From Chitinophagaceae bacterium (GTDB lineage: Bacteria; Bacteroidota; Bacteroidia; Chitinophagales; UBA10324): a DNA stretch of 64,000 nucleotides. A program made the position numbers and the translations under genes. The stretch lies in contig CANJII010000002.1 in NCBI GenBank assembly GCA_947474435.1, forward strand, positions 34,202-98,201, written 5' to 3'. The notes under the pieces are model-generated. The model was not told the DNA's origin. It was given only the letters and a program-made list of their open reading frames with translations, and made no database searches. Shown here piece after piece: positions 1 to 9,007 of the stretch. Position 1 is the stretch's first letter. Each line of letters begins with the position of its first letter.

Positions 1-435
1 TGATTTCTACATGTGTATTTCTGTTTGGTTTTCGGAAGGAAGCAGGTACAGAACAACCAAACTTCAATCTTATCTTTCATTGTGTCTCGCTCAACTTAAA
101 AAGATAAAAGTTGAACCAACCTGATTTTTCGAAGTTCGAGATGCAGCTTCTCAGGTAAAATCTGCAAGGAACTGATGGCACTAAATCGCTCTGCGATTAA
201 GCAGCCATTCTGTAAGAAGTGTTGCCAATTATGGCGTTGAAGGATAGATATTAAAGAGCTTGCCCCACAATGCTCTACATGCTTACATACAAAGAACGAT
301 GCTGTCAATTCCGGTCAGCCCCGGTTAATGGAAGCAAAAATAGGTGTAATTAGTTCCACTGCGATGCTAAAAAAAATATTTGCCGATTACATTTGCGGCA
401 ATTCCGAAAAAATCGGATACGAAAAAAATAGTTTG

Positions 436-1629
436 ATGAAAATTGCATTGATAAGAGAAGGAAAAATTCCGGTTGATACACGGGTTGCATTTTCGCCCGA
501 GCAATGTGTGTGGCTCATGAATAAATATCCGGAATTGCAAATCGTAGTTCAGCCTTCATCGTTTCGTTGTTTTAAAGATGAAGAATATTCCAATGCAGGA
601 ATTGTGTTGCAGGAAGATATTTCGGATGCGGATGTGCTGATGGGAATTAAAGAAGTTCCGAAAGAGCAATTGATTCCCGGAAAAAAATATTTATTCTTTT
701 CGCACACCATAAAAAAGCAGCCGCACAATCAGGAATTATTAAAAACCATTCTGAAGAAAAAAATTCAGATGATAGATTACGAATGTCTGGTTTGGGAAAA
801 CGGCGAGCGCATTCTCGGGTTTGGATTTTTTGCGGGAATAGTTGGTACCCATAATGGATTTTTAACTTATGGAAAGCGTTACAAACTTTTTGATTTGAAA
901 CCTGCATATCAAAGTGCTGATTATGATGAGATGCTTGAACAATACAAGCACATAAAAATTCCACCGATAAAAATTGCAGTTACCGGAACCGGAAGAGTGG
1001 CGAGAGGTGTATTTGAAATTTTAGAGAAATTAAATATCAGAATAGTAAGTGTTCAGAATTACCTGACAAAAACTTTTGAGGAGCCTGTGTTTGTAGTTTT
1101 GAATACATCGCAATTATATGAACGCAAGGATGGAAAAACTTTTAACCGCGAAGATTTTCATAAGAATCCTGACCAATACGAATCAGCATTTCTTCCGTTT
1201 GCTAAAGTCACCAACTTATTCATCAATGCAATTTACTGGAGCCCGAAAGCACCACGCTTTTTTACCAAGGCAGATATGCGCTCACCAGATTTTAAAATAA
1301 AAGTGATTGCCGATATTACCTGCGATGTAAATGGTTCTGTGCCTTCAACCATTCGTGATACAAGTATTGAAAATTCGGTGTTCGGATACAATCCGAATTC
1401 AGAAGCTGAAGAAACGCCTTATCAGCCACAGGGAATTGATGTGATGGCAGTAAGTAATCTTCCAAATGAATTGCCGCGCGAAGCAAGTGAAGAATTCGGC
1501 GACAAACTGATTGAGTATGTAATGGAAGAATTGATTGAACAGGAAAGCAATATTATTGAACGCGCCACCATTGCCAAGAATGGTCAACTAATGCAAAAGT
1601 TTGAATACTTAACTGAGTATGTTAAATAA
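436..1629 (+). CDS. Lysine-ketoglutarate reductase-like saccharopine dehydrogenase family oxidoreductase (AlaDH/PNT fold)
   Basis: ORF 328..1629. The translation has blocks I recognise from the LKR half of AASS-type enzymes (IVVQPSsfRCFkDEEYsnAG, LQEDISDAD, YLFFSHTIKKQPHNqeLL, IDYE). I moved the start to ATG 436 (MKIALIREGK) because homologues begin there. 328 remains a possible start. Confidence 0.7.
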   Translation: MKIALIREGKIPVDTRVAFSPEQCVWLMNKYPELQIVVQPSSFRCFKDEEYSNAGIVLQEDISDADVLMGIKEVPKEQLIPGKKYLFFSHTIKKQPHNQELLKTILKKKIQMIDYECLVWENGERILGFGFFAGIVGTHNGFLTYGKRYKLFDLKPAYQSADYDEMLEQYKHIKIPPIKIAVTGTGRVARGVFEILEKLNIRIVSVQNYLTKTFEEPVFVVLNTSQLYERKDGKTFNREDFHKNPDQYESAFLPFAKVTNLFINAIYWSPKAPRFFTKADMRSPDFKIKVIADITCDVNGSVPSTIRDTSIENSVFGYNPNSEAEETPYQPQGIDVMAVSNLPNELPREASEEFGDKLIEYVMEELIEQESNIIERATIAKNGQLMQKFEYLTEYVK

Positions 1630-1640
1630 TATTTTCAAAA

Positions 1641-2486
1641 TTATCTAAAACACTTTTTCAAAAATTCAACTGCCGAAGTATTTGCATCTGCTGATGAAAC
1701 TTTATCGTAATGCGGATTGCTTGGGTTGGCAAATGCATGGTCGGCATCATAATTTTTTAAGGTTAAAACTTTACCTGCACTCTTCATATCCTTTTCAAAC
1801 TGCGCAACCACTTCAGGCGAAATCCATTTATCTCGTGTTCCAAAAATTCCAAGCACATCACAATTCAATTGCTTCAATTTATTTCCATCAGTAATCGGCA
1901 TACCATAATACAGCACGCAACCAACAGCTTGTTTTCCAGCGAGAGAAGTTCCTTTCAATGATAAGCCGCCACCGAAGCACCATCCTATTGTTGCAATGCG
2001 CGCATTCTTTCCAACATAAGTTATTGCACCATTAATAATATTTTCTATTCTGATATCTTTCGATTGACTCATAAAACTTCCTGCTGAATCAGCATTCGAA
2101 GTAACTCTACCATCATAAATATCAAGCGCAATCACATTCACATTTCCGATTTGCTTTTGCAATTCATCAGTGCGCTGTTTTATGTAATCATTCAATCCCC
2201 ACCATTCATGAAAAACAAAAAGATAATTATCCGTGGGTGAAGCAGCCTTCACAAAGTATGCATTCGCGTTCTTCCCATCAGTTGTAACAAACGAAATCAT
2301 CTTTCCAATCTGTTCTGAATAATTAAAAGGCATCGGACTTTCATGTGCCAATATAAACGAACGGTCATTCGCAAAAGCAACCATTCCATTAACTGATTTC
2401 GGGTTCGAACAACATGTTAGCTGCTGAGCTCTTGCAAAGGATACAGTTAAAAAAAGCAGTTCGAGAAATAATAATTGTTTTTTCAT
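1641..2486 (-). CDS. Dienelactone hydrolase family protein, secreted
   Basis: 281-aa ORF with an N-terminal signal peptide. It has the GWCFGG nucleophile motif, a C-terminal DHAF histidine motif and the FHEWWGLN block typical of DLH-fold hydrolases. Confidence 0.75.
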   Translation of the reverse strand: MKKQLLFLELLFLTVSFARAQQLTCCSNPKSVNGMVAFANDRSFILAHESPMPFNYSEQIGKMISFVTTDGKNANAYFVKAASPTDNYLFVFHEWWGLNDYIKQRTDELQKQIGNVNVIALDIYDGRVTSNADSAGSFMSQSKDIRIENIINGAITYVGKNARIATIGWCFGGGLSLKGTSLAGKQAVGCVLYYGMPITDGNKLKQLNCDVLGIFGTRDKWISPEVVAQFEKDMKSAGKVLTLKNYDADHAFANPSNPHYDKVSSADANTSAVEFLKKCFR

Positions 2487-2631
2487 AGAGTGGAGTTTTA
2501 TAATGCAAAATTGAAATTAATTTCTTCAATTTTTAATTTGAAAATTTTATCAACTGATATATACAGAACCATTTGTGGCGTGAATAAATACCATATTTGT
2601 TCCATGCAACCAAAAGGAGAAATACATATTC

Positions 2632-3081
2632 TTGATGAAAATAAATAATCCAATTATGATCAGAAAATTTCTAAAAGCTATTTCTTTCATCGCCATCGGT
2701 GTCTTTCTTTTCGGTGCTTGTTCAAAGGAAAATAAAATCAGAAAAAACCTTTCAGGAACATGGAAAGTTGTTTCAACTACAGATTCAACTATCAATGCGG
2801 CAATGACAGCGGGAACAACGGTGCAATATCAATTCAGCGATTGCAAAAAGAAAGACGAACCCTGCAATGGAGTTTACACTTTATCCTATAACCTGTTTGG
2901 ATTTCCATTGTCAGTTTCAGCGCCTTATACATGGATAGTGAAAGAAGATGTTTTATCCATCACTCCTTCAGATACACTTTTAACTGCCGGAAGTTTTCAC
3001 ATTGAATTTACTGATAAGAAAAAATTAACTGCAACTGATGTGGCTAATGCTGCAAACATTACCACACTCGAAGAATTATAA
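2632..3081 (+). CDS. Hypothetical lipoprotein
   Basis: 149-aa ORF with a signal peptide ending in FGAC (lipobox-like Cys). No domain recognised. Confidence 0.55.
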   Translation: MMKINNPIMIRKFLKAISFIAIGVFLFGACSKENKIRKNLSGTWKVVSTTDSTINAAMTAGTTVQYQFSDCKKKDEPCNGVYTLSYNLFGFPLSVSAPYTWIVKEDVLSITPSDTLLTAGSFHIEFTDKKKLTATDVANAANITTLEEL

Positions 3082-3103
3082 AACTGATTTATAATTTTAG
3101 TAA

Positions 3104-3145
3104 AAGACCGATACAATTTGAAATTATATCGGTCCTTTTATTTTG
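3104..3145 (+). terminator. Rho-independent terminator after the 2632..3081 gene
   Basis: Stem GACCGATA (3106-3113) pairs with TATCGGTC (3127-3134) and is followed by a T-rich run. Confidence 0.6.
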
Positions 3146-3274
3146 AAAAAAACATTCACTTTATTATGAATTGAAATTATTCATGTAGTGATTTTAAACA
3201 AAAACAATACATGATATAAATCCTGTTTCTGATTTATTTCCCCTTTTATATTTAGCCAAACCCTTTGAAACAGC

Positions 3275-5095
3275 ATGAACAGAATTTTTTTATTTATCAA
3301 TTTGATTTTATTTCCCTTTATTCTCACAGCACAAATTCAATTGCCTGAGGATACTGTGATGTGTCCCGATACACTTACAGTTGTGGCAAATGTTTCTTCA
3401 TCTGCAACCTTAGGAAGTTTGTTAACCGGAGGTGATGATATTATTACAACTCCTATCAACATTGGTTTTCCATTTGTGTTTTATGGAAACACTTATACTC
3501 AATGCAGACTATGTACAAATAATTATCTCACCTTTGAAATGACTCAGGGTGCATGGTGGGATGCATCAACAACTTTACCGAACGATACTGCAGCACCACT
3601 GAATGCAATTTTATTTCCATGGGAAGACTTGAATAGTTTGGGTGCAGGCACATTGATGTACGCAGTGGTTGGAAATGCTCCGGACAGAAAATTTATTTTT
3701 CAGATTTGTAATTCGCCTTTCTATGGTTGTGCTGCCGAATATTTCAGCGGGCAGGTTGTGTTATGTGAAACAACCAACATCATTGAAACATATATTTTTC
3801 ACAAAGGATTATGCGCAGGAAGTAATGAAGGATCAGGCATTCATGGATTGCACAATGCAACCGGCACCATTGCCGATATTGTTGCGGGCAGAAATTATCC
3901 AACCAACTGGATTACCAATAATGAAGGAATGCGATTTACACCAAACGGACCGAATGATTATCTGATAACAACTATTCCCTTTACTCCATACAATCCATCT
4001 TTTGTTACTTGGACCTTAAATGGAACGAATGCCGGTACGGGCGACTCGATAACATTTTTAGCGAGTGATACCACAATTATTATTGCAGGCACTGCTTCTT
4101 GTTCCGGAAATTTAACTGATACGATGCTTGTGTTTGTTCCATCAGTAAATCTGCAGGTGTCAGCAACACAGTATTCAATTTGTTATGGTAATGAAATTGA
4201 TTTGTCGGCCACCGGTGCTGAAAATTATTTATGGGTTCCGGGAAATATTTCTTCACCTGTTTTTACTGATGCGCCTGCAGTAAGTACTACATATACAGTA
4301 TATGGAAGTAATACTTCCGCCTGTTTAATTGTTGATTCGGCAACCATTGAAGTGACTGTAAATCCGCTACCTGATTTGAATGTGAATGCACTTACTGATT
4401 CTATTTGTATTGGTGATCCGGTATTGTTCAGTGCAACAGGTGCTGATACTTATTTGTGGTATCCGGGTTTTCAAACTACACCACTGATATTTTTTTATCC
4501 GCTGACGAGTGTCACTCTTAATTGTACCGGTGTGGATACCACAACCGGATGTTCAATTCTAATTTCCTCACCCGTTACAGTATTTCAAAATCCTGAACTT
4601 GTTGTATCATCTGATACAATAATTTGTAAGGGCGATAGCGTGTTGTTGTTTGCACAAGGAGCAGTGTTTTATTCATGGTCATCAGTACAGTTATCAGGCA
4701 ATGTAGTTGGTGCATCCATTATGGTTTCTCCTGACAGTTCTGGTGTTTATTCTGTTAACGGAATGTCATTTGATGGTTGTCAGGTTTCTTCAACAATTGA
4801 GGTTCAGGTTACAATTTGTAATGCTGTTTATGCAAATGAAAAAAATACTTCGCTTCAATTATTTCCGAATCCGAGTAATGGAAATTTTTTAGTAAAAGGT
4901 GTTTCAAAAAATAATTCGTCAAAAATTTTCATTACCAATTTAGTTGGTCAAAAAATTATTGATTGGGAAATTTTATCAGAAAGAAATAATGATCTGTTTA
5001 TTCAATTGAACAGTGAAATTTCCAATGGAGTTTACTTACTTAATTCTGAAACAGAAGGCCGAAAAGAAATAATTAAGTTGATATTAATCCGGTAG
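3275..5095 (+). CDS. T9SS-sorted secreted protein with Ig-like repeats (type A C-terminal sorting domain)
   Basis: 606 aa with a signal peptide. It has about four repeats of the C.G..v.L.A.Ga..Y.W.P type. The C-terminus (LFPNPSNGNF...GVYLLN...) matches the Por secretion tail. Confidence 0.75.
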   Translation: MNRIFLFINLILFPFILTAQIQLPEDTVMCPDTLTVVANVSSSATLGSLLTGGDDIITTPINIGFPFVFYGNTYTQCRLCTNNYLTFEMTQGAWWDASTTLPNDTAAPLNAILFPWEDLNSLGAGTLMYAVVGNAPDRKFIFQICNSPFYGCAAEYFSGQVVLCETTNIIETYIFHKGLCAGSNEGSGIHGLHNATGTIADIVAGRNYPTNWITNNEGMRFTPNGPNDYLITTIPFTPYNPSFVTWTLNGTNAGTGDSITFLASDTTIIIAGTASCSGNLTDTMLVFVPSVNLQVSATQYSICYGNEIDLSATGAENYLWVPGNISSPVFTDAPAVSTTYTVYGSNTSACLIVDSATIEVTVNPLPDLNVNALTDSICIGDPVLFSATGADTYLWYPGFQTTPLIFFYPLTSVTLNCTGVDTTTGCSILISSPVTVFQNPELVVSSDTIICKGDSVLLFAQGAVFYSWSSVQLSGNVVGASIMVSPDSSGVYSVNGMSFDGCQVSSTIEVQVTICNAVYANEKNTSLQLFPNPSNGNFLVKGVSKNNSSKIFITNLVGQKIIDWEILSERNNDLFIQLNSEISNGVYLLNSETEGRKEIIKLILIR

Positions 5096-5144
5096 AAAAA
5101 TATTTTCTATCAGAATATTATTTTTGAAGCAAGTGGATTAGAAT

Positions 5145-5585
5145 TTAATTATCATGTGCACCTTCCGCCATCCAGGTGAAAATTATTTGCTTTAAGGAAT
5201 CAGTAAGATGTGGAGGGTCAGGAGGCATTTGTGACATTTCTACTCCTTCCAAGTGCAGGTATATTTTTGAATTGGCCGGATCAAGCGTATCAACATACGG
5301 CGCATGCGAGCCTGAAATCCATAGCTCGTGATAAGAGGTGCTTTCTCTCAAATCAAGAAAAGGATGATTTACATTATGACACTGAATGCAGTGATCATTA
5401 AAAATATGCTGAACATCATCAGCATACGAAACGGAATAAATATTCACTGTTGTATCAGTAGTATCCACTGGCGGTTTCGGTGGTGTAATGTTATAAGGGC
5501 CGCTGTCTTTTTCGCACGACTCCCATAAAATAAAAAGTAAAACCAGCGGTATTAAAATTTCATATCTGAAAATATATTTTTTCAT
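5145..5585 (-). CDS. Small heme-binding lipoprotein, PSCyt1-like (single CxxCH)
   Basis: 146 aa with a lipoprotein-type signal (..LWESC). It has one heme motif (HCIQCH) and a C-terminal MPP...LKQIIFTWMAEGA block, as in the Planctomycete cytochrome C domain family. Its start overlaps the upstream gene by 4 nt. Confidence 0.6.
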   Translation of the reverse strand: MKKYIFRYEILIPLVLLFILWESCEKDSGPYNITPPKPPVDTTDTTVNIYSVSYADDVQHIFNDHCIQCHNVNHPFLDLRESTSYHELWISGSHAPYVDTLDPANSKIYLHLEGVEMSQMPPDPPHLTDSLKQIIFTWMAEGAHDN

Positions 5586-6526
5586 CTATTGATTTTTTTC
5601 TTGAAATAAAAAGTTCGTTTCAAATTAAATCCAATTACAAAATTCTGTTTCAGATAATTGTATTGCGCTTTTGACTGAATCAGGTTCTCAGTAATTTCTG
5701 TTGTTGAACTCAGTACAATTTGAAAAATATGACTGGCGCTTGAAATTTCATACGCAATGGAAAGCGGGTAAATCGTATCAACAGGTTTGTTGTTAAACCG
5801 GTATGAATATTCAAGCAGCACTGAAGAATAAATTCCGGTTTTAAAAGCTGCACTCACAGGCAAAATAAAAGTTTGATTATTTTGTAAGGGCTCTACTAGA
5901 TTGCGATAGAGAAAGGAAGGAGAAAGCTGAACTGAAAATTTGCTTCCGAATTTTCGGGCAATTATGATCTGACTGTAGTAACTGAGCCTGTGATTGAATT
6001 TGTTTTTGAATGGAGTAATGCTATCCTGAAAGAATGAATATTTCTGCGGCTCTAAAAAATCATCCGTTGAAAATCCGGTATTAAAATACAACGCAACCGA
6101 TACCGGCATTTTGTTATTCTCTTTCTGTGCGAAGAGCAAATGCTTTATTTCTCCATCAACAGTTTTACCGTTTTTTGTTCTGCCGATTCCTATTGAACAA
6201 TTTTTTCCAAACGGAAAAGCAAACCCGAACCGGATGTTGGCAGGAAGATCAAAACCTAAAAACTGTTTGTAAAACGATTTATTAATTCCAATGCCCCCAA
6301 ACCTGTGCTTGATACTGAACTCCATTGAATGCTTCGGAAGCATTATTACTGTTTGTTCATTGATGTTCCAGTTGTTGCGGAAAGTATTTTCAACTAGAGC
6401 ATTCGCTTCATTCTCTTGCGAATATGTTTTTTTAGTTGCCATTAAAAAGCAGGTGAATGAAACGAAAAAAATAATTCGTTGCATACTGATAAAAGATGTT
6501 TTTGCAGAAAACATTTTCGAAATCAT
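5582..6526 (-). CDS. Putative outer-membrane beta-barrel protein (DUF5777-like)
   Basis: 314 aa with a signal peptide and alternating beta-strand-like composition. The IKHRFGGI motif is one I associate with the DUF5777 barrel family. It overlaps both neighbouring genes by 4 nt. Confidence 0.5.
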   Translation of the reverse strand: MISKMFSAKTSFISMQRIIFFVSFTCFLMATKKTYSQENEANALVENTFRNNWNINEQTVIMLPKHSMEFSIKHRFGGIGINKSFYKQFLGFDLPANIRFGFAFPFGKNCSIGIGRTKNGKTVDGEIKHLLFAQKENNKMPVSVALYFNTGFSTDDFLEPQKYSFFQDSITPFKNKFNHRLSYYSQIIIARKFGSKFSVQLSPSFLYRNLVEPLQNNQTFILPVSAAFKTGIYSSVLLEYSYRFNNKPVDTIYPLSIAYEISSASHIFQIVLSSTTEITENLIQSKAQYNYLKQNFVIGFNLKRTFYFKKKINR

Positions 6527-6933
6527 TTTTCAGAAACAGATTGTTGTTTACCAAGAAACCGGATATAGTTTACCAAATCCCATCGCAGCTTGCTTTCAAA
6601 TACTTTTTGGTAGGGTTGCATTTTCCCTCTGCCGTAAGTGAGTTTCCAGTATATGGCTCCATCTGATTCTTGTTGAACTTTTGAGGAAGTATGATCTGCA
6701 GGTTTAGGATTGAGTGCAGCTGCGGCAGGGCCGGTTCCTTTTCCATCCTGACCATGACACGACCAGCAAGCCTGATTGTAAATTTTTTTTCCTTTAGCAA
6801 TTGCATCATCATTATATGCAACCGGATTTTTTAAAGTATCAGCCCAAGCTGGAGCAATCCATTCAGTAGTTTGTATGTGACTGTAACTGCTGAATAGTAT
6901 TCCGACAAAAAAAAGTAGCAACAGGTACTTCAT
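6523..6933 (-). CDS. Class I c-type cytochrome (monoheme)
   Basis: 136 aa with a signal peptide, a CWSCHG heme-binding motif and a distal Met in GKMQPY. Confidence 0.8.
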   Translation of the reverse strand: MKYLLLLFFVGILFSSYSHIQTTEWIAPAWADTLKNPVAYNDDAIAKGKKIYNQACWSCHGQDGKGTGPAAAALNPKPADHTSSKVQQESDGAIYWKLTYGRGKMQPYQKVFESKLRWDLVNYIRFLGKQQSVSEK

Positions 6934-6936
6934 AAA

Positions 6937-8964
6937 TTACATTTTTACAAAATTTGATTTCAACTGATCTGATTTTTCATTCTCGCTTTTTCCCAATGAA
7001 GATTCATTTCCGTTCGCATAAATTTTACTTAACAAATCACGGGCTCCATTGAAATCAGGTTTTAATTTTAAAACAAATTCCAATGGAGCAATGGCTTCTG
7101 AAATTTTATTCTGATTAAATAAAATCAAACCCTTGTTGTAGTAACCAATGTAATTCTGTGGTTCCAGATGTATGAGTTTATTGGTATGAGCCAATGCTTC
7201 ATCATATCTTTTTTGCGCAATCAGCATCATACTGAAATGCGCTTCGGCAATGGCTGATTCAGGAATTAGTTTTTGATATTCATTAAAATAATTTTCAGCA
7301 GGAATAAAATTCTTGCTTCGCGATAAAAGAATGGCCGTGGCAAGCAAGGCATCTGCATTGTCAGCATTGTCCTTTATAGCATTCTGGTAGTGAGCGAGAG
7401 CGTTCTTATAATTTCGGTTTTTTTCTTCAATGTGTCCGAGCATTAATTCAGCCTCACTTTTAATGGCGTATTCTTTTGCAGTAAAAATCAATGGGTAATT
7501 GATAATAGCAGTTAATACAGGCACCGCTTCAATTTCGTTTTGAGTGGAAATTAAAAGTTTAGCCAATCGGTTTTTTGCTTCAATATCATCTGCTTCATTT
7601 GTTACTACCTGTTTAAGATACTGAATGGCGAGCGGATAATTTTTTTCATAAATGGAAATAGTTGCGAGGTATCTGCTCAATGAAGCGGGTGTAAACAATC
7701 CATATTTTAAAGCAAACTCAAAATGTTTTTTTGCTTCAGTTAATGTTTGATTATTGACAGATGTGTTAGCAGCGGCAAGATTTCCAATATCCGCTGATGC
7801 GCCTGATAATAAATTTTTTCCTTTTAAATAATGGTATTGATAAAAAGCATGATAACCTGAAAACAAAAGCATAAAGACTGAAAGTGAAATAAAAAATTTT
7901 CCGTTCAGCGAAAATTTACCTGCTTGTTTCAATACGATAGTGCCAAGCGGAACATATTCGTAAGAAAATAACCGCAATAGCCAGATGGTTAAAAAAGAAA
8001 AAATAAGTCCAAGCGAAAGTGCAAGTAAAAATGGAATTGTATTGTACAAGCCGCGATAGATAAAAAAGAAAATAAAAAACAAAACAACAGCAATCAGTTC
8101 TTCACGCAACGAAAAAGTATATTTTTTCTTTATAGATTTTATCTGACTCAATGATTTGAAAAATGATGGTTTGGTAAATCCATATTCCAGTGCGTTGGTT
8201 GGGCAACTCGCCACACAGTCCAGATCTTTCAAACAATTGTGATCAACTACTTTACTGAAATGATTAACTTCCTGATGAACCTGTATGTGCGAATTGCAAA
8301 CCGTGGTACAAATTCCGCATTGATTGCAATCACCGGTCAACACAATTTTCCCCCTGGAAAGACGATCCATTCCGGCAAACAAAACTCCATACGGACAACC
8401 ATACTGACAAAAACTTCTTGAGCCGAGAAAATAAACCGTTCCGAATCCAACTGTAATAAAAGTGATGGTAGTAATTAACGGGCTTGGTAAATTTCTCCAG
8501 AAGTTAGCAGTAATAAATGATGCCCATCCATCTTTATCGGTGGTGATTTTCAGTTGAACGAATGGCATTCCGTAATATAATTTTTCAACTATCGGAACTC
8601 CGAATAAATACAACACCGCTATTACAGGAATCAAAATAAAAAACCGCGACTTAATTTGTTTGGGTTTGATATTTATTTTTTCCAGCAGCCATGCCGATAA
8701 ATCCTGCAACGCAAGAATGTGACAACCCCATGAACAAAAAAATCGCCCGAATATTAAAGTGGCAATAACAGTGATTGCCATCAAAATAAATCCCGCAGTT
8801 ATTATTCCCTGATGAACCGTAAATAATACTTCATTGAATTCAAGAGGGGCAAGCGCTCTTCCGGCTAACTTCCAGTAAACAATGTGCACCACCATTAAAA
8901 CATATACTGAAATTAATGTTGCGACTCTCCACCTGGTATATTTATTTGAGAGTTCGTGCTTCAT
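6937..8964 (-). CDS. Membrane polyferredoxin (NapH/CcoG/MauN-like 4Fe-4S protein) fused to a C-terminal TPR domain
   Basis: 675 aa with multiple TM helices. It has CxxxC(P/H) motifs (FFCSWGCH, FCQYGCPYG) and ferredoxin motifs (CNQCGICTTVC and CVASCP). The C-terminal ~300 aa are TPR-like. Confidence 0.7.
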   Translation of the reverse strand: MKHELSNKYTRWRVATLISVYVLMVVHIVYWKLAGRALAPLEFNEVLFTVHQGIITAGFILMAITVIATLIFGRFFCSWGCHILALQDLSAWLLEKINIKPKQIKSRFFILIPVIAVLYLFGVPIVEKLYYGMPFVQLKITTDKDGWASFITANFWRNLPSPLITTITFITVGFGTVYFLGSRSFCQYGCPYGVLFAGMDRLSRGKIVLTGDCNQCGICTTVCNSHIQVHQEVNHFSKVVDHNCLKDLDCVASCPTNALEYGFTKPSFFKSLSQIKSIKKKYTFSLREELIAVVLFFIFFFIYRGLYNTIPFLLALSLGLIFSFLTIWLLRLFSYEYVPLGTIVLKQAGKFSLNGKFFISLSVFMLLFSGYHAFYQYHYLKGKNLLSGASADIGNLAAANTSVNNQTLTEAKKHFEFALKYGLFTPASLSRYLATISIYEKNYPLAIQYLKQVVTNEADDIEAKNRLAKLLISTQNEIEAVPVLTAIINYPLIFTAKEYAIKSEAELMLGHIEEKNRNYKNALAHYQNAIKDNADNADALLATAILLSRSKNFIPAENYFNEYQKLIPESAIAEAHFSMMLIAQKRYDEALAHTNKLIHLEPQNYIGYYNKGLILFNQNKISEAIAPLEFVLKLKPDFNGARDLLSKIYANGNESSLGKSENEKSDQLKSNFVKM

Positions 8965-9007
8965 TATTCCTCAGTTTAGTAATTCAAAAAATCAACCCGC
9001 AAAAAAT

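Noticed and set aside
96-308. A 70-aa minus-strand ORF in the leader region.
   Set aside because: It has no recognisable domain, is Cys/His/Leu-rich in a way that looks like random translation, and overlaps a hairpin-dense region better explained as non-coding.
130-325. Assignment of the leader as a lysine (L-box) riboswitch.
   Set aside because: Only weak matches to the invariant cores were found (GAGATGC instead of GAGGCGC, no clear GAGUA or CUGG elements). I could not fold the five-helix junction convincingly by hand. It is kept only as an unassigned structured leader.
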